Shown: in pieces, positions 12,130 to 24,862 of the stretch | Position numbering within the stretch: position 1 is the first letter of the stretch | Layout: every line of letters starts with the position of its first letter | Origin: Octopus sinensis | Taxonomy: Eukaryota | Reading direction: 5' to 3' | DNA length: 64,000 nucleotides | NCBI RefSeq assembly: GCF_006345805.1 | Contig: NC_043014.1 | Location: forward strand, 3,224,001 to 3,288,000 | Notes under the pieces: generated by a model | What the model was told of the DNA's origin: nothing | The model's database searches: none | What the model saw: the letters and a program-made list of their open reading frames with translations, nothing else | Translations under genes and position numbers: made by a program

Positions 12130-12516
12130 AACACCATTGTCTGGTAGCTGTGGCCGATACCAGAGCTGCCTGACTGGCACCTGTGCCAGTGGCACGTAAA
12201 AAGCACTATTTGAGCGTGACCAATGCCAGTGCCACCTGACTGGCACCTGCACTGGTGACATGTATAAAGCACCATTCAAGGATGGCTGATACCAGTGCTA
12301 CCTGACTGGCACCCATGTTGGTGGCATGTAAAAATCACCCTCTACACTCTCAGAGTGGTTGGCATTAGGAAGGGCATCTAGCTGTAGAAACCTTCCCAAA
12401 TCCGATTGGAGCATGGTGCAGCCTCTTGGCTTGCCAGTTCTCAATCGAACCATCCAACCCACGCCAGCATGGAAAGCAGAGGTTGAATGACAATGATGAT
12501 GATGATAATGATGGTG

Positions 12517-12548
<32 letters not shown>

Positions 12549-12616
12549 GATGATGGTGATGTTGATGATGATGATGATGATGATGATGATTGTGATGTTG
12601 ATGAAGATGGTGATGT

Positions 12617-12660
<44 letters not shown>

Positions 12661-12723
12661 GTGATGATGATGGTGATGTTGATGGTGATGATGATGATGA
12701 TGGTGATGATGGTGATGGTGATG

Positions 12724-12755
<32 letters not shown>

Positions 12756-12854
12756 GATGATGGTGATGAAGATGATGATGATGATGATGATGATGATGGT
12801 GATGAAGATGACGATGATGATGATGATGATGATGATGAAGATGATGACGGTGAC

Positions 12855-12890
<36 letters not shown>
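12130..12890 (+). mobile_element. RTE LINE 3' UTR remnant running into a (GAT)n tract
   Basis: GGCATTAGGAAGGGCATCTAGCTGTAGAAAC...CCAGCATGGAAA followed by a GAT tail. Confidence 0.75.
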
Positions 12891-13517
12891 CTGGTCTTCA
12901 GTTGCCTTCACTCAGTTTCAGGCATTTGAATTAGACACATCTTTCTCGTCACCATCCTGTCTCATTCGTGGGCATGTCCCTTCCTACTCGACTACACAAA
13001 AAAAAAAAATAACAATAATATAAATTGTCGACATGTTGCATGAACACCGAAGCGTGTACAGATGCACAATTTGCATTTGCAAGCTTTGCCAGTTTCCACA
13101 ATTCTTGCAGTCACAGGCCATTACAGATAACAGTTACAAGCCATTGAAACTGAAGCTATTGTTTCAAGCCACGAACCATTGCAAACCATTGCAGCCATTG
13201 CAGCTTATATTTACAAGCTGTTGCAACAGAAACTATTGTTAAGAGCCACAAACCATAAAACTGTGGGCTATTGTTGCTCACGGATGCACATCCCTTGGTC
13301 TCTGCAGCTTTAAAAACCCCTCGAAACCATTGTTGCTTAAACTACTGTTACAAGCTACAAGCCATTGCCGCTTACATTTGTGGTAAGAAGCTTGCGTGGT
13401 GCCTTGGACAAGTGTCTTCCACTATAGCCTCAGGCTGACCAAAGACTTGTGGATGGATTTGGTAGACAGAAACTTAAAGAAGCCCATCATATATATATAT
13501 ATATATATATATTATGG

Positions 13518-13727
13518 AAATGTACTTGCATAGCAAATGACCTGATCTGAGATCGTGTGCTGGAACAAAAGCAATTGTAGCATTGAAGGTGGAATTTTGT
13601 CACTGAACAGGTTGTGGCTTCAAAGTGACGAAAATATTTTGACAAATTAAATTTAAATGTTGAAGTGAATCTAACGTTTTTTGTGTGTTTCTTAAATGGC
13701 TTACAAACACCTTTCACGCTGAAATGG
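13518..13727. mobile_element. Second copy of the 6336 PLE-like family with an internal inversion
   Basis: First ~75 bp colinear with 6336-6410; remainder reverse-complementary to 6405-6525. Hammerhead-like fold at 13596-13646 with core CTGAACA. Confidence 0.7.
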
Positions 13728-13754
13728 TTTATATATATATATATATATATGTGT

Positions 13755-14385
13755 GGCACGTAAAATACACCAATCTGACCGTACGACAGGCACCCATGCC
13801 AACCCCCTTGCTTGCGAAGACATGTTGGGGCAAGCGAAATCGAATCGAACCAGCCAGGTTCCCTGGTCTGGTGGTACGTAAATAGCACTATCCGACTCGT
13901 GGCCGATGCCAGTGCCGCCTCCACTGGCTTCCGTGCCGGTGGCACGTAAAATACACCAATCTGACCGTACAACAGGCACCCATGCCAACCCCCTTGCTTG
14001 CGAAGACATGTTGGGGCAAGCGAAATCGAAATCGAATTGAACCAGCCAGGATACCTGGTCTGGTGGTACGTAAAAAGCACCATCCGACTCGTAGCCGATG
14101 CCAGCACCGCCTCGTCTGGCTTCCGTGCCGGTGGCACATAAAATACACCAATCCGACCGTGGCCGTTGCCAGCCTCGCCTGGCACCTGTGCAGGTGGCAT
14201 GTAAAAAGCACCCACTACACTCACGGAGTGGTTGGCGTTAGGAAGGGCATCCAGCTGTAGAAACACTGCCAGATAAGACTGGAGCCTGGTGCAGCCTTCT
14301 GGCTTCCCAGATCCCCGGTCGAACCGTCCAACCCATGCTAGCATGGAGAACGGATGTTAAACGACGATGATGATGATGATGATAC
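13755..14385 (+). mobile_element. RTE 3' UTR with an internal ~185-bp tandem duplication
   Basis: GGCACGTAAAATACACCAATCTGACCGTAC occurs twice, then GTTGGCGTTAGGAAGGGCATCCAGCTGTAGAAAC and a GAT tail. Confidence 0.8.
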
Positions 14386-14709
14386 ATACATGCATACATA
14401 CATACACACACACACACACGCAAACACACACACATGTATATATGTATATGTTTGTGTATCTGTGTTTGTCCCCTACCATCGCTTGACAACAGATGCTGGC
14501 ATATTTACATCCCCGTAACTTAGTGGTTCAGCAAAAGATACCGATAGAATAGATACTAGGCTTACAAAGAATAAATCCTGCAGTCAATTTGTTTGACTAA
14601 AGGTGTTGCTCCAGCATGGCCGCAGTCAAATGACTGAAACAAGTAAAAGAGATAGATAGATATGATAGATATAAATACATATATATATAGATATATACAT
14701 ATATTATGT

Positions 14710-15010
14710 GGAGGCACATGGCCTAGTGGTTAGAGCAGCGGACTCGCAGTTGAGGAATTGCAGGTTTGAATCTCAGACCGGGCGATGTGTGTATTTATGA
14801 GCGAAACACCTAAGCTCCACGCGGCTCCGGCAGAAGGTAATGGCGAACTTCAGCTGACTCTTTCGCCACAACTTTCTCTCACTCTTTCCTCCTGCATCTT
14901 GCAGCTCACCTGCGACGGACCGGTGTCCAGTCCAGGTGGGGAACCTATATGCCAAGGAAACTGGGAAGCCAGCCCTTATGAGCCAGGTATGGCTCGAGAA
15001 GGAACAAACA
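14710..15010 (+). mobile_element. SINE family D with an alternative 3' tail
   Basis: GGAGGCACATGGCCTAGTGGTTAGAGCAGCGGACTCGC head; tail ends GGCTCGAGAAGGAACAAAC. Confidence 0.8.
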
Positions 15011-15120
15011 AACGTATATTATAGGTTTGCGTATATATATTTTTGCATCTAGTGTATTGTATTTACACTAAGTTATACATTATTCGACCCCTTTTGCCAT
15101 TAACAGAATCTCTACTTTAT

Positions 15121-15502
15121 TTACATTATTTACATTTGACGGATATTTGTCCTCATCTTGTTTGTTGTTAGCACAACAATTCGGCTGATATACCCTCCAG
15201 CCTTCATCCAGGGTATATTCGGCTGATATACCCTCCAGCCTGTCTTGGGGAAATTTCGAACCTGGGTTTTCATTCCTAAATATTTTTCAATGTTATTATT
15301 ATTATTATTATTATTCAGGTCACTGCTTGGAATCAAACTCGGAATCTTAGGGTTAGTAGCATCGAAAAATACCTTAGGAATGAGAACCCAGGTTCAAAAT
15401 TTCCCCAGGACACCCGATGAAGGCTGGAGGGTATATCAGCTGAAACATTGTGTTAACAACAAACAAGATGAGGACAAATATCCATCAAATGTAAATAATG
15501 TA
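15121..15502. mobile_element. Inverted PLE pseudo-LTR pair with decayed hammerheads
   Basis: Arms 15121-15293 and 15360-15502. Right arm reads ACAC-CCGATGA-A-GGCTG..CAGCT-GAAAC-AT-T-GTGT (15410-15453). Confidence 0.7.
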
Positions 15503-16084
15503 AATAATGTACATAATTCCTCATCTCTTAAATATAGAACTGGAATACCTACTTCTTATGGAATTCTTCGTTCTGCTAACCTCAATACCAGGTGCATATT
15601 TATCTGACCAAATACACAAACAGTAAATAATTTCTGTTTACAGTTTCTGCGAAAATGTGTTTATTCTTGATTTCTCCTTTTGATAAATTACTTACTTTGA
15701 TTCATCATCATCGTTTAACGACCGCTTTCCATGCAAGCATGGGTTATGGGGTATAAAAAGATGACCTACATTTTATACCCAGATGTAAAGCTTTACTTTT
15801 ATTCATGTTATCATTTCAAAACTGTCACGTGGAATAGATTCAAATCTGCTCTGACAAGCTTTCATATTGTATACACAAATTTCAACTTTATTTTGCTATA
15901 AACAGATGTTTTGTATGACATGTTTATTGCTGTTTTATATCACTTTCAGCTATAATTGTTATTAAACCAGATAAGGTTGAGAGCAGGGGTGTCAAATACA
16001 CAGCCATAGGGTCAGATTCAAGCACTTGAGCATTTTTATAAAAAAGAATATATTTTTTTTTTTTTTAGTTTTCAAATATATATA

Positions 16085-16485
16085 CAGGAGTGGCTGTGTC
16101 TGTAAGAAGCTTGCTTCCCAACCACATGGTTCCGGGTTCAGTCCCACTGCATGACACCTTGGGCAAGTGTCTTCTTACATAGCCTCACGCCAACCAAAGA
16201 CTTGTGAGTGGATTCGGTAGACGGAAACTGAAAGAAGCCTGTCGTATATGTGTGTCTATGTGTGTGTATGTACTTGTTTTTTTTATCTGTATTTGTCCCG
16301 CCACCATCACTTGACAACCGGTGTTGGGGTGTTTATGTCCCCGTAGCTTAGCAGTTTGGCAAAAAGAGACCAATAGAATAGGTATTGGGCTTACAAAAGA
16401 CCTGGGGGTCGGTTTGTTTGACTAAAGGCTGTGCTCCAGCATGGCCACAGTCAAATGACTGAAACAAGTAAAAGAATAAAAGAAT
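16085..16485 (+). mobile_element. SINE family A
   Basis: Head and body match 11280-11660. Confidence 0.85.
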
Positions 16486-17446
16486 ACTTTTAAAATATAC
16501 ATGACATTCGGAGCCTGGTGCAGCCTTCTGGCTTGCCAGACTTCAATCAAACCATCCAACCCATGCCAGCATGGAAAGTGGCTGTTAAACGACAACAACG
16601 ATGATTCATTCAGAGTTGGGGCTTGACAAGATTGCCGATGGTTCCACTTAGCCAAACTAATGCTTCTTAGGGAATCCTTTGTAATTCCAACCAATGTAAA
16701 AGAAGTTCATGAATTCAGATACTAAAATATGTGATTTATTTTCCCCTCACTTTGTCTATACTCACTATCCCAAATAGAAGTATTTTTTTTGTTTTTTTTT
16801 TGTTTTTCACATTTAAACAAAGGTTTGTCTGAAGGAATCCAAGTGAAAAGAACATTATAGAAAGATTTTGCAGATGAAATATGGTGTGAGATTTCTATAA
16901 AACTTTGGTCTTCTCAAGAACTGCATGCATTCATTACAGCATATCAAAGACTTGATTCTTTAATGTCTCCTTCATATTGTTATATCACCATCATTCTGTC
17001 AACTCTTCAGGTATAGTCTATCTAGGAATACACTTTCAAATGTAGCCTTGCTTTGTTAATTTTTTTTTAAATAGCAGATTGTGATTTGAGGGAGATTTTT
17101 GGCTGCTATTGTTATCAAACAGAGAGCATGTAGAGGCTCCCTCTTTAGTTTCAATATTTCTATTTATTGATTGTCAAAGTGAAGTTTTCCTGATATTCTT
17201 TTGTACTTTTGATTTAATCTCCTGCTAAGCAGATAAAAATGGATAAAAAGGATATTGCTTTATCAGACAATGATATTATATTTTTTAGGAAATAAATAAA
17301 TATTTTTAATACTATTTTATATATTTCAATTATTAAAAAAAATTTTATATTTTCAAATCTTTTGCTGAGTATACAATATCATTTACTATCCATTATCATA
17401 TACAATATAATATCTCTTAATAAGAGGTTAAAAATCTCTTTTATAT

Positions 17447-17832
17447 ACTCTTTTACTCTTTTACTTGTTTCAGTCATTTGACTGCGGCCATGCTGGAGCA
17501 CCGCCTTTAGTCGAGCAAATCGACCCCGGGACTTATTCTTTTTGTAAGCCCAGTACTTATTCTATCGGTCTCTTTTGCCGAACCGCTAAGTGACGGAGAC
17601 GTAAACACACCAGCATCGGTTGTCAAGCAATGCTAGGGGGACAAACAAACACACATATATATATACATATATACGACAGGCTTCTTTCAGTTTCTGTCTA
17701 CCAAATCCACTCACAAGGCATTGGTCGGCCCGGGGCTATAGCAGAAGACACCTGCCCAAGATGCCGCACAGTGGGACTGAACCCGGAACCATGTGGTTGG
17801 TTAGCAAGCTACTTACCACACGGCCACTCCTA
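17447..17832 (-). mobile_element. SINE family A, young copy inverted relative to 16085
   Basis: Reverse complement closely matches 11280-11660. Confidence 0.9.
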
Positions 17833-18701
17833 ATTATTTTTTATTATTTTAGCTTTTTATTTCAAATACTAAACAGCAAAAAGGCATAAATTTTACAAAT
17901 GCCTCTTAATTTACTTTCCACAGCTATCTCAGTGGTGTTACTTCTGATTAGATGGGTAACGGTCACATTTTAATTAATTTAATATATCAATTATGCAATT
18001 ACATAAATGACAATGTTTTTATTCCATTGAAACAGCCGTTGAGATCAAATAAATTATAAATCACTTGTAAAATTCATGCTTCTTCACTGTTTACTATTTA
18101 AAATATCCTTAACTGTTGTTTTAGCCAATTCAGTATCTACATGCAAGTTCATTCCATCAATATTTATTGCATTGTAATAATGTATTGGAGATAATTGATG
18201 CATTAATAACGCAGCTCTTAAAAATCTTGGCTATATTTTATGATTTTTATCAGGATATAAAAATGTTATTCTAATTATAATATTTATGTTGTAACATTGT
18301 ATAATAATGTAATACAAAATCTATTCATGTATAATTAAAATACTTTTTGTATTATTATTATAAAGATGCTGATATGAAGTTTCATTAACCAATCACAGGG
18401 TTTAACTGCAATTACTATTGTAAAAGGGAAGGTGAGGTAAGTCACTTATAATGTTTGTTGTTCACATGTATATCTTGAGTTCTCAACTCCTAGTTGAGTT
18501 ATAGGGGTCCTGTCTGGATATACAACTTGCCTTTGACATTTTAAATAAACCAGACAGAGCCATTCTTGTTCCAGGTCTACTTTAGTTGATTTTCTCCAGA
18601 GTCCACCAGGGAAAGAGAGAGAGAGAGAGAGGAAGAAAAAGGGGGGGAGGAGAGGGAGACAAGAAAATGGTCCCAGTAGGATCACTGCTACTTTATTGCA
18701 T

Positions 18702-19330
18702 ATGCATGAGGACAGCTGTGTAAAGAAGTGCCAAACTCTAACTATGGAGGGAAGCTGTGGTAGAGGTAGACCCAGGAAGACATGGGACGAGGTGGTGAAG
18801 CATGATCTTCAAACTTTCTTCTCACAGAGGCAATGACTAGTGAGTGAGACCTTTGGCGATATGCTATGCTTGAGAAGACCAATAAAGCCAAGTGAAATTG
18901 TAGTCATGGCTGATGTTGATGTCACATAAGTGGCACCCATGCCAGTGGAACATAAGTGGCACCTTTCAAGCGTTGGGCCTCACGGAGGTAAAGTGGCTGA
19001 GTCCCTTTTGAGTGTTGGGTCTCACGGAGGCAATGACTGAGACCTTAGGCATTATGTTGTGCTTGAGAAGAAGACGCATCAAGCTGAATGAAATCACAGT
19101 CATGGCAGATAATGGTGTTGCACAAATGACACCCGTGCTGGTGGCATGTAAAAGCACCCACTACATTCTCAGAGTGGTTAGTGCTAGGAAGGGCATCCAG
19201 CCATAGAAAACCATGCCAAATCAAACTGGAGCTCGGTGCAGCCTACCAGCTTGCCAGCTCTAGTCAAATTGTCCAACCCATGCCAGCACGGACAATGGAC
19301 GTTAAATGACAACGACGATGATGATGATGA
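18702..19330 (+). mobile_element. 5'-truncated RTE-clade LINE (ORF C-terminus plus 3' UTR)
   Basis: MHEDSCVKKCQTLTMEGSCGRGRPRKTWDEVVKHDLQT..LTEAMTS..DLWRYAMLEKT is a typical RTE C-terminus; UTR and GAT tail follow. Confidence 0.85.
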
Positions 19331-19361
19331 TCATGATATACATATATATATATATATTCAA

Positions 19362-19570
19362 AATGTGACCGCGTGTGTACCGTTAGGGATTTTTTTTCCT
19401 CTGTCTTCCCTTCTCTGGATCTTTCCTTCTATGTTTCCGACGAAGAGCTCCGCTCGAAACGTTAAACCCTCCTTCTTCCCTTCCTTCCTGAGCGTCCAAT
19501 AATACTATATTTGTTCCACGTCCTCGCATTGTTGTGTTTTCTCTTTGTGTTTTCATGTTGGATTAACTAC
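19362..19570 (+). mobile_element. PLE fragment of the 1303 family with a mutated hammerhead (19433-19467)
   Basis: GTTT-CCGACGA-A-GAG(CTCCG)CTC-GAAACGTTAAAC. Confidence 0.7.
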
Positions 19571-19575
19571 ACACA

Positions 19576-19645
<70 letters not shown>

Positions 19646-19765
19646 AATATATATATATTGTTATATCGCACGTTCCGATGACCTCTACTCAACTCCTGAT
19701 GTCTAGACTTCTCCCTCTAAATCTACGTATTGGGCTAGCCTACTTCATTGTCTGGGGACGTTCAC

Positions 19766-19836
<71 letters not shown>

Positions 19837-19922
19837 CACATACATACATATATATATACATACATACATATATATATACATATATATATATATACATATA
19901 TATATACATATCTATATATACA

Positions 19923-19961
<39 letters not shown>

Positions 19962-19963
<2 letters not shown>

Positions 19964-20339
19964 TTCAACAATTGAGGGTAAAATTAATTAATTATTAATC
20001 AATTTCACCAAGTATTCAGTATGTAAAGGGACCATTTAAGGCGAATTCAAAATATTACATTATATATAAGGGCTTAGTAAAATAAATTACTTTGCCACAT
20101 ACTGAACTCATTAGAAATAGCAGCTAAAGAAATTTCTTTAGCCATTTCTAATACTTAAAGAAGATCTCTCTCAGATAGTGTTTGCCCCCATACCTTCGTG
20201 AGTTGGTTTGAGCAAACACTATCTGAGAGAGATCTTCTTTAAGTATTAGAAATGGCTAAAGAAATTTCTTTAGCTGCTATTTCTAATGAGTTCAGTATGT
20301 GGCAAAGTAATTTATTTTACTAAGCCCTTATACATAATG

Positions 20340-20340
<1 letters not shown>
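19962..20340. mobile_element. Fold-back element with 129-bp inverted arms (20057-20185 / 20212-20340)
   Basis: One mismatch between arms, 26-nt spacer, (TA)n on both sides; family of 6626-7131. Confidence 0.85.
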
Positions 20341-20402
<62 letters not shown>

Positions 20403-21358
20403 TCTGTCAATCTACTTATGTATCTATCCATGACCAGTTTGATAGTTTTTCAACAAATCTAATGTCTTCAGGAATAGAGGTTTGATAACAGTGAATCAAT
20501 GAACTATTGATATTGATCTGAAGGAACTTCCCGCTACACTGGTTTGGCCTTGAACCAGTCAAAGGCTTCTTACAAGTTATTCTATAAAGGCAACCAAGAT
20601 CATACCAATATGACCTTTGGTAAACTAAAATATCTAGAACATATTTACCATTTCTATCTGTTTTTGTGGGGTTATTAAGTCCATTAATACAAAAAACAGT
20701 TGCCAATGCCGCTGGACTGGTTCCTGTGCAGCATGGAAAGGGGACATTAAACGATGATGATGATGATGATGATATATATATATATATACACATACATACA
20801 TGCATATATATATATACATATATATTATATATATATATATATATAATGATGTTTTTATATATAATGAACGTGAAATACAGGAAGGGACGAACACGGAACA
20901 CAGACAATCATTCGAAGCCTTCAATCTTCAGTCAGACACCGAATCATCATAGCAAATTTCGGCTGTTCAATTCTGATATTTGCTCCAACTCGGCCAGCCC
21001 CAAGAAAAAAAACTAAGCTGTAAGCATTAGATTTCTTGGTAGAAGACAGGAATGTGAACGCACAAGACGGATGTGAATACAAGAGACGAAAACGAAATTG
21101 AAAACAGTAATGAAAAAACAAAATATAATAACGGTGGTTGTCATAACGACTTTAGACCAAATGAGACAAAACAACAACAACATAGCAGCTGGCGTAGAAA
21201 TAATTACCGTTTCGGTAGCTGGGACACATGTTGGTCGAGATACGAAGGCCAACAGAATGGTTGAAGAAGCAGCAGATCGCAGGAGAAGAGAGAAAGAGAG
21301 ACAGAGAGAGAGGGAATCAAAGAGGGTGGAAGGCAGGGGACAGAATCAGTGACCAAGA

Positions 21359-21396
<38 letters not shown>

Positions 21397-21451
21397 GATA
21401 GCCTGGTCGGTCATGGTGATCACGGTCGGTGATATATATTTGTATATATAT

Positions 21452-21538
<87 letters not shown>

Positions 21539-21597
21539 TATATATACACATGGCTATCGCTGGTCACAATGACACCACCCCGCTGGCTAAGCTAGCA

Positions 21598-21792
21598 GGC
21601 CAATAGAAGAAAGAGGGAGAGAAAGTTGTAGCGAAAGAGTACAGCAGGGATCGCCACCACCCACTGCCGGAGCCTCGTGGAGCTTTAGGTGTTTTCGCTC
21701 AATAAACACTCACAACGCCCGGTCTGGGAATCGAAACCGCGATCCTACGACCGCGAGTCCGCTGCCCTAACCACTGGGCTATTGCGCCTCCA
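21598..21792 (-). mobile_element. SINE family D
   Basis: Reverse complement GGAGGCGCAATAGCCCAGTGGTTAGGGCAGCGGACTCGCGG...GGTTTCGATTCCCAG. Confidence 0.85.
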
Positions 21793-22129
21793 CTATATAT
21801 ATATGTATTAATATATGTGGCAGATGTGCAATGTAAGAGCATACCTTTGATGCAGGTCTGAGGAAGTGTTACTAATATTTGAAACTGGAAATGTTTTGTA
21901 AATTTTCCCTTGGAACTGTTGTGTGAAATGGCCATGATGGAGCAGGGATGCTGCAGAAACAATTGTAACTGGTCGTTACAAGATGTATTAGACTCTTTCG
22001 TTGTTTGCGGATTTGGATTATATCTGTGTGTGCATGTGCATGCATGTATGCATGTGTGAATGCCTGTGTGCATGTCTGTATGTAAGTGTATGTGTACGTA
22101 AATGTATTTGTGTGTGTGTGGGTATTTAG

Positions 22130-22720
22130 GAGAGAGGAAGAGAGAGAGAGAGAGAGAGAGGAGAGAGGGACAAACAGACAGACGGACTGACAGACTGACA
22201 GACAGACAGATAGGTAGACTCATAAGCAGACAGACAAACAGCGGATAGACAGAAACAGACATACAGAGAGAGGGAGAGAGAGAGAGAGAGAGGGACAGAC
22301 AGATAAACAGAGAAGCATTAAGACAGAGACAGAGAGATAAAGACAGCAACACACAGAGAGAAAGAGAGAGAGAGAGGGACAGAGAGAGAGAAAGAAAGGA
22401 ACAGAAAAAGAAAGAGAGACAAGGCAAGAGAAAGTGAGAGAGAGAAGGCAAGAGAGAGTGAGACACAGAATGAGAGAGAGAGAGAGGAGAGAAAGGAACA
22501 GAGAAAGAGAGAGAGAGACAAGGCAAGAGAGAGTGAGACACAGAATGAGAGAGAGAGAGAGACAAGGCAAGAGAGAGTGAGACACAGAATGAGAGAGAGA
22601 GAGAGAAAGGAATAGAGAAAGAAAGAGAGACAAGGCAAGAGAGAATGAGACAGAGAGGGAGAGAGAGAAAGAAACAGAGAAAGAGTGAGAAAGGAAGAGA
22701 GAGAGAGTGAGAGAGAAAGA
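22130..22720. repeat. GA-rich low-complexity/minisatellite tract
   Basis: (GA)n with recurring GACAAGGCAAGAGAGAGTGAGACACAGAATGA units. Confidence 0.9.
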
Positions 22721-23124
22721 TCTTTGATGAACTCATCTCCTTCAATGTCCTCTCCACTAACGATGCTACTCAATGTAGCAACTTGCCATGGGAGCAACAG
22801 ACTTCCAACAGAGTTAAAGTAGCGACATGCTGAACACCAGACTCTTCCATTAGTCATGGCAACGTGCCAGAACTGTGGCTTTCCATTTTAGGATTTCAAT
22901 ATCCATTCCTTGTCGATGCTTATCCATCTTTTCCTCTGTCTGCATCTCCCCTTTTTTCCCCTCTCTCTCTCTCTTTAGTTCCTTAAAGAACAATCTCTGC
23001 AAAATCTACAGATCTTGTTACAAGGCCAAATATATTATATTCCATCTCAGCTTTTTGTTCCCTTCACTGCTGTGTCAAGATCTTCATGAGGGCCGATGTG
23101 AAACTGGATAGGGTTGTAGATGGT

Positions 23125-23250
23125 TTCACGAGTCCACGAGTACACGAGTCCATGAGTCCACGAGTCCACGAGTCCATGAGTTCACGAGTTCACGAGTCCA
23201 CGAGTTCACAAGTCCACGAGTCCACGAGTTCACAAGTCCATGAGTCCATG
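23125..23250. repeat. 8-bp minisatellite (TCCACGAG)~15
   Basis: Direct inspection. Confidence 0.9.
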
Positions 23251-23329
23251 TGTGGCCCAAGTACAAAATATCTAAGCGGTTACTGTACTGATGTCAAGTA
23301 AAAAGTGTCCAATACTGGTGCCACATAAA

Positions 23330-24140
23330 AGGCAGGGGTGATGGGGCTACGCAAAAATTACTGGTGATGGGGCCACATATAATTCACTGATGCTGGCACA
23401 GGTGTCATGTAAAAAACACTGGTGCTGGTACCATATAAAAAGTATCCAGAATGCTTTGTAAAGTGGTGGGCATTAAGAAGGGTATCAAGCCATAGAAACC
23501 ATGTTTGAACAGATAATCACAACCTGATGTGAGTCCTGGTCTTGTCGGCTCCTGTCAAAGCATCCAACCCATGCTGTCAGCATGGAAAAAGGACGTTAAA
23601 TCCTCCTCCTCGTCATCATCATCATCGTTTAATGTCTGGTGCCCATGCTGGCATGGGTTGGACAGTTTGACTGAGGTCTGGCAAGCCAGAAGGCTACACC
23701 AGGCTCCAATCTGATCTGACAAGGTTTCTATAGCTGGATGCCCTTCCTAATGCCAACTGCTCCGAGAGTGTAGTGGATGCTTTTTACGTGCCACCGGCAT
23801 GAGGGCCAGTCAGGCGGTACTGGCATCAACCATGCTTGAATGGTGCTTTTCATGTGCCAGCAGCACAGGAGCCAGTCCAGCAGCACTGGCATTGGCCACG
23901 ACTATGGTTTCGCTTAACTGAACAGGTCTTCTCAAGCACAGCATATTGCCTGATGATTGAAAGGAACTCTGGTTATATGACACTGGCATCGGCCACGCCT
24001 ACTCTCTCCCTTGTCTTGCAGGGTCTTCTCAATCACAGCATATCTCCAAAAATCTCAGTCGCTTGTCATTGCCTCTGTGAGGCCCAACATTTGAAGGTTG
24101 TGCTTCACCACTTCATCCCATGTCTTCCTGGGTCTACTTC
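23330..24140. mobile_element. Tail-to-tail pair of RTE 3' ends (+ 23330-23610; - 23625-24140)
   Basis: Shared (CAT/CCT)n junction; minus copy encodes RSRPRKTWDEVVKHNLQMLGLTEAMTSD. Confidence 0.8.
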
Positions 24141-24599
24141 TTAAATGATGATGATGACGACGATGACGACGACGATGATGATGATGATGATGAAGATGAT
24201 GATGATGATGATGATGATTCCATTGCTTGCATCTTCCTCTGTACTTCTGCTGGGAGTGTCTGCATCTCACATGTGTGCAACTGGCTCTCCATCGATTACG
24301 ATGACAAATGTTCCTGTTGATCCAATCAACAGAACAGCCTGCTCATGAAATTAACGTGCAAGTGGCTGAGTACTCCACAGACATGAGTACCTTTAACATA
24401 AGTCTTCGGGGAGATTCAGTGTAACGCATAATGCAACAAGGCCGGTCCTTTGATATACAAGTCCTACTCATTTTTGCCAGCTGAGTGGACTGGAGCAACG
24501 TGGAGTAAAGTATCTTGCTCAAGGACACAATGCATCGCCAGGAATTGAACTCACGACCTTACGATCATGAGCCGAATGCCCTAACCACTAAGCCATATG

Positions 24600-24862
24600 A
24601 GAATAGGAAGATAAAATGTATGAATCAGTGCAAGGATTAGGCCTGGTGTTGCGTGGTGATCTCCTCGTCTCTCCAAATATGGTTTAAACGGTTCGTATAA
24701 GTCTTTTGTCTTTAGTCTTAACCTAGCAATCCTGAACAGTGTCACATGACCCAGACTACAGAATGGCACCTTGTCAAATACTTTGTCCGGATCAATAAGT
24801 TCCCGATAGAATCGTTTTGTTCCTCTTTCGGAATTTCTTTTTTGTTTTGTGGGTTGTCTCAC
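24600..24862 (-). pseudogene. Decayed non-LTR reverse transcriptase fragment
   Basis: LIDPDKVFDKVP resembles the RT motif FxDxxKAFDxV; RRGDHHATPGLILAL resembles GVxQGxxLSPxLF. Confidence 0.55.

Noticed and set aside
13755-14230. CRISPR-like repeat-spacer appearance
   Set aside because: Eukaryotic RTE UTR modules; spacers are related to each other and there are no cas genes
20260-20320. Hammerhead in the 20057-20340 family (CTAATGA)
   Set aside because: No GAAA and no stem III; not reconstructable
21699-22757. Longest ORF (352 aa, minus strand)
   Set aside because: Built from a CT-rich tract, CA repeats and a SINE D head
22720-22960. Host exon or LINE ORF on the minus strand
   Set aside because: Stops in several frames and only faint resemblance to an RTE C-terminus; cannot be assigned
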